A stretch of 64,000 bases of DNA from Octopus vulgaris (Eukaryota). Shown here piece after piece: positions 50,636 to 64,000 of the stretch. The translations under genes and the position numbers were made by a program. Under the pieces are notes generated by a model. The model was not told the DNA's origin. It saw only the letters and a list, made by a program, of their open reading frames with translations, and ran no database searches. The stretch covers positions 108,500,001 to 108,564,000 of the forward strand of contig OX597816.1 in assembly GCA_951406725.2 (NCBI GenBank), in the 5' to 3' direction. Numbering within the stretch: position 1 is the stretch's first letter; the number at the start of each line of letters is the position of its first letter.

Positions 50636-52189
50636 TATTATTATTATTTTATTATTAAGGTGGTGAGCTGCAGAGTTGTTAGCAAACCAGGCAAAATGCT
50701 TAGCGGTATTTCGCGTGTTGCTACATTCGAGTCCAAAGGCAAAGGTCGATTTTGCCTTTCATCCTTTTGGGGTCAATAAATTAAGTACCAGTGAAACACT
50801 GGGGTCAATGTAATCAAATAGCCTCTGGTAGAAAGAATTATTATCATTAATATTTTGCATGATAGCCTAGGCAAATGTCTACCATTATATTATTGGGTTG
50901 ACCAAAATCTTTAAGTCAGAAAATTTGCATAATCCTATGGTGAGCAGGTGTGCACATGTGTGTTTATGTTTAAAAACCAGAATAGTTTGTGGTGTGTCTC
51001 CTCATGTCATGTAACACCAGTTCATTAAACACAAAGTGATAAAATAACTAATTAGCAATATGAATTGTGTTGATATGATTGATTGATAACAGTTAACAAA
51101 AGAACATCTGTGTTGAAAGCTACTTGTCTAGGAGGGCAAAAACTTTCAATAAAAACCAATACATGAAACAATCTCTCCTAGTTTTCTGGTGTTGTGTATG
51201 CAAGATGACAGAAAGATGATCTGTCTAAACCATGCCAGCATGGTTTAGATGAACATGATAACAATGATGATGATGATGATGAAATACAAGACTGGTTTTT
51301 ACACAGGTACTAGTTACCACAAAGCTATGGTAAAAGACACTTGTCCACACAATGTACAGTGGGATTGAACCTGGAACGAAGTAATTGTGGAGCAAACTTC
51401 TTAACCACACAGCCATATCTGCACCTAACTTGACAGATTTTTCTTTTTTTAAACTAAGATGGGACATTTTTAATTTGTATAAAACAAAAAAAAAAGCAGA
51501 AATAGTCTCAAACAGTGGAAGTGTTGCATGTGTTTATAATTAATATTTATATAACCATCTTAGTGAAATTAAGCTTATGACTGTTACATTGTGACAGCAA
51601 TCTTCACCCTCTATCTAGTGTATTTTATCATCAATTTTCAGATCAATATATATCAAAAAAAAATTTCAGGTTTTTGCTGTTAATGAGAAATTTGCTTGGA
51701 GAGAAATGATGCCAGTTGGTTTCATCTTGAAAGAATGAAATAATAGAAGAAAAAATATTTATGAAGCAGTTCATAAATCTTTCATGTTTTTGTCATGGAA
51801 TAGTTGCAGAATACACTTGGATAACAGGATGGAATATAACATGTTAGAAGCAAAACTAGGGTTAGTTTGAGGTTGAAATATGAAATGAAAGTTGTTTCTT
51901 AAGGCATGCTAAAGGAAAGAAAACAAATGAAAGAGAGGAAATGGAGAAAATCTAATGTATTGTGTGATTGATTCTAATTGTTATACATTGTCTATGTTTC
52001 TAAGTGTTATAAGAACATTTTGAATATATATCAGAATCTGGCGTAAGTTGCTATACAATAAATAATATTGTAAAATGATTATTCAATTAAATAGAAATAG
52101 CCACCCCAATTCACTGTAACATAATACTACATGAAGGAAGTTTGTAAGTAGACATTTTTGTTTCAGAAATATGAGTCAATTATCTTTAC

Positions 52190-52900
52190 AGTATTGCAGA
52201 ACCTATATGGAATGTTGAGCAAAAATGCATACTTAGATATTCAATTGCAATTCAACAATTGAGGAAGGTGTTCAAAAGTGAAACACTAACCAAGAGAATG
52301 ACAGGTATGGTGGTAAATTAGTCGGATGACCATGGGTTTTATTAATGAAGCACCTCACATGTTCACCCAGTGTCATTTTCAGGACAGAAAAGTTACAAGC
52401 AACACCTTCAGTCATATGCTTTGTGTAGTTCATCTCAACAGAATATCAACCAAACATCAACATGATGATTCTGAAAGGTTTAAATTTACCCCCATTTTAT
52501 TCTTAGACTTGAACAAATACTAAATGAAGATGATATTGATCATCAGGATCATTTCTCCACAGAAATGCTAATGCTCTTTTACAATGATCTTCGTCTCATT
52601 GATCAGATAATTTTAGATCAATCATTTCATTGACAGATTCAACTGCATATATTTAAACTGAAGATGACTTTCATATGAAATCAAAGGTGTGTTTAGTCAA
52701 GGTTTGTGGGTTTGTGTATAAGTAGATATTTCCTTTTGACATTCCAGGCAATAACAGATACACTTTTCACTCATACACTTTTCAGCAGGATGGGGCCTCG
52801 AGGATCTCTTGATCTGACCATTCCTTCTGAGCATATCTCAAGAAATATGTCTAGCAACACAAACTCACCACCATCCAGAAATTACAAACTACAAATCATT
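52190..52900 (-). mobile_element. Possible highly decayed Tc1/mariner transposase remnant
   Basis: Only faint motif echoes (ISYESHLQF resembling FSDES; RSRDPRGP resembling RSGRP). Confidence 0.2.
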
Positions 52901-54266
52901 AATGAATTTGCTTAATTTGACTTGTCTAAACCTTTAGCATTCAGATTACTTTGTCAAATTCAATGCTTATTTATTCACATTGCTTTGAATTAATCATGGA
53001 TTATCTTGTAGCTTTGAGTTTTTGATGATGTGATTGTTTATTTTTAGAATAATACCATAGAGTAGGTGTGAGAAACTGAATCTGACATGTTTGAACATAA
53101 ATGGATAGAATATTTGGGATGGGTGTGGCCAGTAAAAGGTTAATGTTTGCTCATCAGCAGTCTAGCCACAGAGGATTATGTTACAAGTACAAGGGTCTGA
53201 GGAATACTCAGTCATTTATCAATTCAATGTGTAGGCCAATCTATTGACTGAACAATTAGAATATGTCAGTTGAAAAGAAGGAGTGTGTGTATGTGTGTTA
53301 ATAATAAATCAACAATGAAGAAAGAATATGAAGATAGTGTTTGAATTTGTAGTATAAGAATGTTGATGATGCTGTTGGTGATGACTGATTTCATGCAAAA
53401 TTAGTAACAAAAAAAGATGGCAAAGAAAATGAAGAAAAAGTGAACATAAAGGTAATCATTCCAAAAAACAAAAAAGGTTCTTTTAAAGTAAGACAATGAT
53501 AAAGAAGAAATAAATATACAGAAAGTCATGCAGTGAAATGTGATAAAATAATACACCAAAAATATACAGCTGAAAAAAAATTTCATAAAAAACCAAAAAA
53601 ACACCCCAAATATAAAAATTAAAAATAGGAAAAATAAGCTCTCAACAAACGTGGTGTCCCAACATGGATGCAACCAAATACCTAAAACCAGGAACAATGT
53701 GTGTTTGTGTGTGCGTGTGTGTGGAGCTAAAACCCACCCCATTCGCCACATTGCTGTTTTTACCTTACAGTTTACATGTGAGAAACTCAGAGTAGCAATA
53801 ATTGGGAGACATCAGCTCTTCAAATAAATGAATAAACTCTACTGAATACATTTAGTACATCTCTCTCCTGTTGGTAAATAAAGCACACAAACACACACAT
53901 AAAATACATGGAAAATCCATCCTACTCATGATAAAACAGGGAACACATACACAACATGTAGTTCAGATTCCAAATGATTCCTTTTTGTAAAAGGAATATT
54001 TTTTTTTAAATAGGTGTCATTGTGAAGTCAAGATCATCATCATCATTATTATTATTGAGAGAACAGTGCATACCATCACAGTGACACTGGGGTAAAATAT
54101 ACGAAGCCCAGTATACCCATCATGACTTGCCGTCTGATAAGGGTACACCAGGCACATGCATGATATAGTAACCAATCCTGCTCCAAAGGTCACTGAATAA
54201 GAGTTGTTTAAGGATGTTGAACAAAACACCCATGTTTCCCATTGGATATAAAACTCAAAGCCCATA

Positions 54267-54297
<31 letters not shown>

Positions 54298-54315
54298 TAT
54301 TATCATTATTATTAT

Positions 54316-54356
<41 letters not shown>

Positions 54357-57300
54357 ATGTGGTGAACTAGCAGAACCATTAGCACCCATTTAGTCAGTGA
54401 GTTCAAATTCCACCAAGGTCAACATTGCCTTTCATGCCAACAAAATAAGTACCAGTAAAGTACTGGAGTGTATGTAGTTGACTTATCCCTCACCCTCAAA
54501 AACAGCTGGTTCTGTACCAAAATTTGAAATCATTATTTTTATGGCTTAGTCAGAGGAGAAAGAGCAACACCCAGGGCCTTTGAGACCAGTAGAGTAGAGA
54601 GAGGAATAACCAGTGACCCAGGCTGTCTTCAAAGCAGAGACTTAGTCTAAATGCTTACTACATAATGAATGGATTCCACTAAAGGTACACAAAAAGGATA
54701 AATAAAGAATTAAGCTAACTGCACGTAACAGAGTGACCCTTACACACACTATCAACATATTAGATTTAATGTTATTCAGCATAACATATAAAAATAAAAA
54801 GAAAAAGAAATTTGAGTAGTGTTTCTAAGAAAATGATATTCATCATAAATTCCAAAAATATTTCACCAGTCACAGATAAAATGTTGAGATTTATTTATCC
54901 CAACTGTAACCCATTTATTTATTTTTTAAGTAATCACTCTAAGTAGTCACTGGCTACTATGCTGTCAAAAAGAAATTCTACACCTGACAAGAGGAAGTTT
55001 GTTGAGTCTGTTTGATAGTTTTATCTGGTAACTAAACAAAAATAAAACATATCTACTGGACAAAACATGAAATATATCTCTCTTAGATAAATTACACCTA
55101 CTCTGGTTCAATGTCCTTATACAGATCATCATCACTATCAACATCAATATTAATGTCTGTGGATTGGCAAAATCATTAGCGTTTGAAAAGTGCTTTGTGT
55201 TATTTCCTCCTGTACATTCTGATTTCAATCCTGCTGAGGTCAACTTTGCCATTTATTTCTACAGGGTTGTACAGTAAAGAACCAATCAATTACTGGGATG
55301 AATGTAATCAACTAACACTGCCCCTCAAAATTGTTGGTCTTGTTTCTAAAGTAGAAAGAGTTAGTAACAAAGGGGGAGTGGGGTAAATCTAGTGGTTGGA
55401 AAATTACGAAGACTTCTTGCTTCTGTCAGGTTCAAATCCTAATAGCAATAATTTGAAGCTTTAAGTAAATAGCCAAATAATTTCCACAAAGGATAGGAAT
55501 CCAGGTTATTACAAGTGACATTCCTAGATGAGTATCTATTCTTGAGACACTGATGAAACTGAAATGCCAGTACTATTTCCATAAGAAAAAAAAGAGAGAG
55601 AGAAAAGGACACAGTCAGGGTTTGATCATATGTCTACTAGGCAAAGGATAACTTGGGGTTAGTCTTTTAGCATTCAGATTTCTCAAATGCAATGTTTATT
55701 CATATTGATTTGAATTAATCAAGCATTACCTTGTAGTTGTGAAATTTCAATGACATTATTGTTTATTTTTAGAATAATATTGAAAGGGAAGAGTGAGAGG
55801 CCAGAGCTGGCCAGTTTGAAGATAAAACAGGGGTGAATATTTTGGCTGGATATGGCCAGTTTAAATGCTAAAGAGTTAAACAACAATGAGAAGCAAGCCA
55901 ATTTAGGAGCTTCAATACAGTCACTTTGTCTCCTAGAAATAACAGCTATACCACCTTCAAACCAAACACTTTTGCCCTAAAACAAAAAGGATGGATAATA
56001 TATCCTGGAGTTCACTCTGCCAGAGAAAGACAGGTTGGTCATAGCTTGAATGTATTTGTTCATAGACTAGATCTGGTCAGCCACAGCCAACCTGTGAGCT
56101 AAACAATAACTACAACAGCAACAACAAGTATTATCACATGTTAAAGCAATTTTTGAAACATTCTGCTACACATGATACCACATTCAGTGGGTACAGATCA
56201 GAAATCTTACTAATTCTTTAAAGGAAGCAATAATACATCTGGTGAGATAACTTAAATAGGGAACCAGTTGTTGTTGATGTAACTCCAAAACAGTTCTGAA
56301 CAAGCAGGGTTCTGGTCTAAGGCATTTTATATCCTTGCAATGTATTCAGGATTTTTTTTTCTTTTAGATGATAAAGTGTGGCTAGAGGAGAATTTGGTTG
56401 CAATTTCTAACAGGCCAAATATTTATATGGAGACTCAGGAAGGTGGTTAAAAGGAGTCAATTGCATTCTAGTTAGTGAAATATAATATTTGAAAACTTCA
56501 TCTCTTATAACAATAGACATCACAAATCAATTGAAAAGTCACTGTAGTTGACTGGACCTATCACAAATAGCAATAAATTTCTTCATCTCACACCCTACTG
56601 ACTCAAGACATGAAAGACACATTGAACAGTGTAATCTTAGATACATGAAAAGATGGGATGATCATGGTTAGAGTGCCTTCCATCATTAGGTCAGGTGAAC
56701 CAGGGTTGACCTGGGGCTGATAAACAATAAGAAAACCCCATCCCTGATATGTAGGTCAGAGCCCCTTCCCATGCCCTCTACCCACTAACTTTATAGAAGT
56801 GAAATAAGGGAGCAAAATTGGAAGACATGCATGAAATATAAAAAAAAAAGAACATATATATGTAATCTACTATATATGTGTGAATAGTAAAGTTTAGAAC
56901 TCACTTGCTCCCTAAGTGACTAAAACCCCTTTCTTTATACACCTCACCTCTGCCATCACCATAATGTCAGTGGAAGGGCAAGGGTCAGAGATATTACATT
57001 CATCACTCTTTACAGCAATTGAACTTAGTGGGTGTTGTATGGGGAATTAATATAAATAGAGAAACATTTCCTGCTAAACCAAAAGGAATGAATGAATGAC
57101 ATTTGTACTGCATCAGAATTGCCTTCCATTTAGAAACTTGTAAGTAGTAGTATTTGTGATAGCACAATAAATATATTTATCATCATAAGTAGGGAAGTAG
57201 GTGTAGTAGCTGTTGTGGTTGATGTAAGCCTAGAAAGAACAGCTCTGATCAAGCAGAACTACCATTTAAAACATCCTAACTCATATTTCCTAACATTGTC

Positions 57301-57432
57301 TTCAGGATAAAAGTTTTTTTTTTTTTTTGTCTTTTAAGATGGTAAAATGAGGTTTATGGTGAATTTGGTTGCTATTTCTAACAGGCCAAACAACTAACTA
57401 TATACAGCTTTTTTATGTTGGCATGGGTTGGA

Positions 57433-57768
57433 TAAAGGGTAAAGACCCCCTTCGGTCATGAGTGACCATGGGTTTGCACCTAAAGAGTTATCCTCTGAGG
57501 CACAAGTCTGGACAAGGTTGTTTTATGGAAGACCAGCAGTCACCCATGCATACCAGCCTCCCCTCTCCACGTCACCGATGTTGTCCAAGGGAAAGGCAAA
57601 GGTCGATACAGCTTGGCACCTGTGACGTCGCAACTCATTTCTACAGCTGAGTGAACTGGAGCAACGTGAAATAAAGTGTCTTGCTCAAGAACACAACACA
57701 CAGCCCGGTCCGGGATTCGAGCGCACAACCTCACGATCGTAAGCTCGACGCTCTAACCACTGAGCCAG
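57433..57768 (-). mobile_element. tRNA-derived SINE family D, young copy (others at 17851-18130 + and 41038-41370 +)
   Basis: Minus strand tggctcagtggttagagcgtcgagcttacgatcgtgaggttgtgcgctcgaatcccggacc head; shared body ggctggtatgcatggg..ctgctggtcttccataa. Confidence 0.85.
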
Positions 57769-57869
57769 GACTTTACAAACAGTATTCCACAACTGGTTGC
57801 TCATTTTGATGTCAACACTTGGTTGTCACTGGGCTGTCACATGTATTGTTCACAATTTGATTACTATTT

Positions 57870-58370
57870 AATTCTGGTGGACCCCCATAGCCTTTGTACT
57901 GTTTTATAGAAACTTTGTTCAAAATTCCTATTTTGTTTTCCATACATTAACTTGTTTAGGTTGGACTATGTAAAATGTTAGAGAAAGAAACCCAGTTGTT
58001 TCTTGCAATACATACAGCTAGAGCAAAATTTTTTCAAAGGTCCTTAAAATACTATTGTGGTTCCCCAATTGACTATTTTGTAGCATGGACCCCACAAATT
58101 CTTATATGGACACCCAAAGACGATATGGATCCCAGCTGAGAACCACTGTTTTAGGCTATTGGTTCTCAACCAGGATCCATATGGCCCTTGGGGTTCATAT
58201 AAGATTTTGTAGTTAAAATTTACGAGCCATAAATTGGTTATACTTCTACAGTACGCAAAATACACTTTTTTACACAATTGCTAATAACGTTTAATTGTAA
58301 AAACATAATGGGACTTTTTAAACATTGAATGGGTATAGAAGTCCAGTAGAGTAAAATTGGAATCAAATTA
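57870..58370. mobile_element. Two hAT-like MITE remnants back to back
   Basis: ...gctgagaaccactg (ends 58148), 8-bp ttttaggc, then tattggttctcaaccagg; about 55-bp imperfect inverted similarity; CAGTGGTTCTC-type TIR. Confidence 0.55.
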
Positions 58371-60579
58371 TTATTATTACTGGGATCTTGCACTAACGAT
58401 CTAGCAACCATGATTTTAATTCTTAGACCTGGTGGTGCGTTGTGTTCTTGAACAAAACACTCATCTCTTCATCATAGATATGACATCACAACCCAATCAT
58501 TCTGTCAGCTGTCAAAAGCCCTTTTGTTTCAATCATCCACACTCATGTCCAGCCAGCCATTATTCAGCTACATTTCATTCCCTTTGCAAATAAGAAATCT
58601 TAAAATTTCGCTTATAGTCCAAAGGAAAAACAAACATTATTTACTTTCTATCAAAGAAGAAGGTAAAACATACAAGTATATGAAAATATACAATGTCAAT
58701 AAAGAAATATATACAGATTTAGGAAAACAGAATCTACAAGAACTACTTTGTTTATAAACATCTTCTATGGAACTAGTGCATAGGAAAATTCCACTATATT
58801 TAAGCCAGAAAGCAAAGCTACACAAGAAGCTGCTTGTCAGCTATAAATACAAAGGTATTCTAAGGTATACTGATACATCTAAATAGTTATCTATTTTAGT
58901 TTATTTGCTGTTGTTTTGTAATAAGGAGTAACTTGCTACACTTTTGTAGAAGTAAAATACGGAAAATGGGAAGTACTAAGATAGCAATCCAAGCAGGGAG
59001 AAAATATGATACACAGATGAAGTCAGAGAATTCAGTCGGGGTGACCAGATCATCATTTACAATTTACTGTGATTATGTATATGCTGTAGAGAGTATTTAG
59101 TGCAATGGTTTACAGGACAGAAAGGGGAAACTCTTATTTTCCACATATGCATTTATACATACACATCCAGCGATAAATAGTAACTGAGTATGAGGAAAGA
59201 TGTAGGAAACCTTTTGTTATAAGTTTGTAGTTATAGGTTACCTCACATAATAGACAACACACATTACATACTTCCTGTTCCTTGTATGAGCTAAACAAAT
59301 GCAAGTCATTTTAAATGCTACACTGAATTTGCTACTAAGCATAGGCAACTGTGTAACTACTATTCTGTATTAGATTTGCAGTAACTCGGAATGAGAACTG
59401 ATACTGGGTGGAGGGGGTTTCTAGTGTCCTTGCATAGGACAACCCCGGTAGAGGCAAGAGCACATTGAAATGTACACAGCACACACAGTAAAGTCGTTGG
59501 TGACAGGAAGAGCATTGAACCATAGAAAACATGCCAAAAAGTATAATGCACATTCGAGAACAGGAACATTGCAAGCTGTATCACATGTTACATGCCTAAG
59601 AAGGCAGTAACTCCAAATAAGAACTGATACAAGGTAGAGTGTGGGACTCTGGGACAACTTCTCTAGTATATTCAGTAAAGTGATTGTAGGTAGGAAGGGC
59701 ATCCAGTCATAGAATCCATGCCAAATAAAGGAACACATGAGCAAGACATGGAATCCACTTTATGCAATGATCTAAGAGTGCAATAATTTAGAACATGACC
59801 TGACATAGAATAGAGATCACATTTTAGTCGTCCTGCATGGGACAACTTCTAATGCTGATGGTTTGACAAAATTGCCTCAAGGCTACCCTATAAGACGTAC
59901 GGAAACACAAAACTGATTGGTTTTCTCTGTTGCTGTGTGGGTCACATGACACAGCCAGTGACAAGTGAAGAGACTTGTCCAGCCCCTGCCATCTTAGGTA
60001 TATGGATGTATGGTGAACACTGGTCAAATTGATTCAGATTTTGATCAATTATAAAAATACTTCAACAGACACTTTTTTTTTTTTTTTTTTCAGAGAAGGC
60101 CAAGTAAGTCCCTGAATTTGTTTAGTCATCATATTGTAGATCACTGTTAATACTTTAATGTACAATGGATGAGTTTTAATCCTTTTTGTGCAGTAATTAA
60201 TTAATTACAAGAGTGAATCATTAGATCCAAACAAACTCACTATATACATAGGGTACTTTTGGTTGTTTGAACACCCAAACAAACACATGTGTGCACGCAA
60301 GTGTGTGTAACGGTTAATATGTTTTGTGAATATATATTAATTCAGAATTAATACAAAATACTCTAATTATAGTTTCTCTTTTCTGGTTCTTCAGAATGTA
60401 TATATATATATATATATATATATAATAGAAATATTAAAATAACTAAGTCTCTCTAAAAGAGAACAGCGGCAGCGTTCCCGGAAAATAATAGCTAACTTAA
60501 AGCGATGGCCTCATGGAGCTAATAAGCGGACTGCTTTTTTCTTATTTTTATAAGAATGCCATATTAGTATGGCGATAAC

Positions 60580-60616
<37 letters not shown>

Positions 60617-61430
60617 AACACATACACACACAGATATCACTTCAAATACTATCAATTATTTTGATATTTTCATAACAAAATTAGCTTTAACTAATTCTGT
60701 CTATGTGTATGTATTTTGTATGTAGATACAGGCAGAATTTCAGAACATTATTCAATGCCAAGAGCCAAGAATTGTTTAAGGCTATTACATTTGGCATCTG
60801 AGATCCAGTTATTGAAATTTCACTTTCCTAATCATCAGACTGAATACAAATTGCAACTTATTCTCCTTTTTGTCAGTGCTCACAGTTCTAGCATTGAAGT
60901 ATGCCTTCTATCTCATTCTTCTCACAAAGTGTTCCATTTTCTCAAATAATCCCATTTAACTCTGAAACAGTTAAACCAGCCACATCTGGCCCCAAATATT
61001 CTCCCAATTCTAAGTATGGTCAAACCAGCCAGATCTGGATTCTCACACCTACCCTACAATGTCATTCTAAAAACATACAACCTTATCATCAAAATATCAA
61101 AGCTATGATATAATGCTTGATTAATTCAAAACAATGTGAATAAATAAGCATTACATTTGACAGAGTAACCAGAATGCTAAAGAATGAAATACCTTTTTTT
61201 TTTAAGATGGTATACTAATATTTTAATTGGGAAATGCTAGTAGATGCCAGCCTATATTCGACCGTGCTGATCCTTCTCACTACATTGGGGTTTAGTAAAT
61301 GTTTATGGTGTATATAGGTTTAGGCAAGAAGTTCATATCTGGCCTGATGACCAAGAACATGAAATTCAAATAACTAGATATGAGGAGCCAGTATGCAATA
61401 ATCAAACATGCATACACACGCACACACACA

Positions 61431-61470
<40 letters not shown>

Positions 61471-61481
61471 ATATATATATA

Positions 61482-62213
61482 TCATCGTCATCATCGTTTA
61501 ACGTCCGTTCTCCATGCTAGCATGGGTTGGACGGTTCGACCGGGGATCTGGGAAGCCAGAAGGCTGCACCAGGCTCCAGTCTTATCTGGCAGTGTTTCTA
61601 CAGCTGGATGCTCTTCCTAACGCCAACCACTCTGTGAGTGTAGTGGGTGCTTTTTACGTGCCACCTGCACAGGTGCCAGGCGAGGCTGGCAACGGCCACG
61701 GTCGGATTGGTGTATTTTATGTGCCACCGGCACGGAAGCCAGATGAGGCGGTGCTGGCATCGGCCACGAGTCGGATAGTGCTTTTTACGTACCACCAGAC
61801 CAGGGATCCTGGCTGGTTCAATTCGATTTCGATTTCGCTTGCCCCAACATGTCTTCGTAAGCAAGGGGGTTGGCATGGGTGCCTGTCGTACGGTCAGATT
61901 GGTGTATTTTACGTGCCACCGGCACGGAAGCCAGTGGAGGTGGCGCTGGCATCGGCCACGAGTCGGATAGTGCTTTTACGTACCACCAGACCAGGGATCC
62001 TGGCTGGTTCAATTCGATTTCGATTTCGCTTGCCCCAACATGTCTTCGCAAGCAAAGGGGGTTGGCATGGGTGCCTGTCGTCGGATGAGGTTCTATATCG
62101 ACTTCGCTTGCCTCAACAGGTCTTTGTGTCCAAGGGAGGAAAGGCATTCATAAGTGGGCTGGGCTCACTTGTCCTGCCTGGTCTTCTCACATACAGAATA
62201 TTTCCAAAGGTCT
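61482..62213 (-). mobile_element. Retroposon with (GAT)n tail and internal GC-rich repeats, including a roughly 190-bp tandem duplication (relatives at 39893-40515, 48465-48636, 23025-23230, 35742-36060)
   Basis: catcatcgtttaacgtcc...cagctggatgc.cttcctaacgccaaccac shared by the copies; the 233-aa ORF over it is repeat-derived. Confidence 0.75.
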
Positions 62214-62441
62214 AATGTTGTTAATGGTATGGGAATTCAGAAACTTCAAACAAACATGAAATAATCCTTTTTGGGAATGGTGAATCTCAAAGCAGATGAA
62301 ACTAAAAATAATAGTGTAAATTTTGGATTAAAAAAAGCCCTTCGACTTTTTTGACCCAATATTTACACATCATTATGCACTGTTTTATCTGCTTGAAGAC
62401 TCAAAATAAGTATTATATACACATTCATACATACATATATC

Positions 62442-62475
<34 letters not shown>

Positions 62476-64000
62476 CATGCATGCATAGCCATACATGCAC
62501 ACTGAGGTGCACATACACTTATCAACACACATTTCAAGGTGATAATAGAGAAGTTTGGAGGCAAGACATGATGTAATTCAGAAAGTGCATTGGATAGAAA
62601 ACAAAGAACTCAAAGATGCAAAGAAGAGAGAAGAAAAAGGAGTGGTCAAGAGAGAGTGTGGGCAAGCAGAGAGAGAGAGAATGGCAGGAGAGATATAGTA
62701 GAGAGACAGAGAGAGAGAGAGAGAGAGACAGAATAGGAAGGAGATCAGGAGAGGGCAACAGAGTAAAATGGAGATAGGGAAAATGATAAACCAATGCAGA
62801 CAATAGAAAGACAGTCAAGAGCAACCATGAAAGTTTGCAGCTTGCTTAGCTGATTGGTTGGTTGGCTGGTTGGTTGGTTGGTTGGTTGAATGGTAAAGGT
62901 CCAATTTTCAATATTAGCTCATGCAAACATTCTAAGGTGAGTAATAAACATGTAACAAAAAAAAATGAAAAGAATAAATAAATAAAAAGAGGGAGGAGTG
63001 AAAAAATAAAAACAAAACAAAAAGTGCAATCAATACACCTGCAGTCAGTGCCAGGTGTGCACTATGAACAAGACTTGCAGACAAGAGTAGTAGAAATCCC
63101 ATGCTATGCCCCTCCGCTCCACCTAGTGTCAGATTTCATTTTTCATTTCCTCTTGCAATTAATTATTATTATTATTATTGTTCATTTTGCTTTATGCTGC
63201 ACAATTTATTATAATTACTTTGTCACACAGTGTAGATGGAAATGGTATTGGAGCATTTAGTCATTTGCCAAGTCACAACAAGGACCTCAGACAGATAACA
63301 CTAATCATCCTCAAGGGTTTTTTCAACAAGCTGGAGTTGATAAAATGAAGAACTAAACAAATGCCGGAATAGATTTCAACATTTGTTCCCTCTGGCAAAA
63401 TGTGTGATTCTATGCCTGCATTATAAATTCTTATTATAAAGAGTGATAAATGGTGAAGTAACAGACAAATATTCCTTGCTATACAATATTTAGTTTTATG
63501 CTTTCTACTTTCTAAATTAAAATATTGACAAAGTCAACTTTATTTACCATCCGTCTGGATGGAGAATAAAATAAAATAAAATACCAGTGAAGTACTGGAT
63601 GTATGCTTATGTTAGAATTTATTACTGTCATTATAACTAGGGAACTAGATAGGCAAAATCAGTGAAGTGGTAGAAAATGTGCTAGGCCATATTTAATTAT
63701 ATCTCAATAACCTAGGTTCAGATCCTGCCAATAATGATTTTACCTTTTTATCATTGCGAGATCTATAAAATAAATTATCAGTTAAATATTGTAGTTGAGT
63801 AAATCAACTATAACCCTCTCTCTCTAAGCTCATAACTTGATATAATCATTAAAGTATTAGACGAATGCTTTGCAGTATTTATTCAAGCATTTCCTATAAG
63901 GCATTAAAACCCTGCCAAAATCAAATTTGCCTTTTGTCCTGGGATTGATAAAAAAAACAGTTCTAGTTGGGGAGTGTGGACTGGCAGAGTTGCTAGAGGG

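Noticed and set aside
55550-55570. CTGATGA-aact-GAAA
   Set aside because: No stem II and no supporting helix I pairing
61514-62215. 233-aa ORF
   Set aside because: Lies wholly within a GC-rich dispersed repeat with internal duplication; no protein motif; homologous copies are not open
63039-63122. Possible upstream exon on the minus strand
   Set aside because: No polypyrimidine tract, weak donor (gtgtat), and the only open frame ends in phase 1, incompatible with the phase-0 start of the 49.6-kb exon

Overview
Eukaryotic, AT-rich, repeat-dense genomic DNA. The microsatellite load and tRNA-derived SINE families resemble an octopus/cephalopod genome (recalled resemblance, not a database result). 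The only convincing host gene is the 3' part of a spliced minus-strand gene. Six exons (49661-49519, 42816-42724, 41572-41523, 36363-36314, 35428-35329, 34760-34111) have GT/AG boundaries and mutually compatible phases. They encode a coiled coil followed by a Ser/Pro/Gln-rich tail ending IVDV*, and I cannot name the protein. Almost all other ORFs are microsatellite or repeat artefacts. The rest is a mobile-element landscape: several SINE families, R4/Dong-like RLE LINE remnants sitting in (TATG)n or (ATT)n, an RTE-like remnant, a complete non-autonomous Helitron nested in a foldback-like element, piggyBac- and hAT-like MITEs, and Penelope-like fragments. The most notable signal is a set of hammerhead-ribozyme-like motifs: one with an intact catalytic core and a long stem II (2665-2756), a U3-A8 covariant minimal form inside a 71-bp inverted repeat (11544-11580, second copy at 35078), and decayed copies. 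Repeat copies also appear to switch from CpG-retaining to CpG-decayed near 22 kb.
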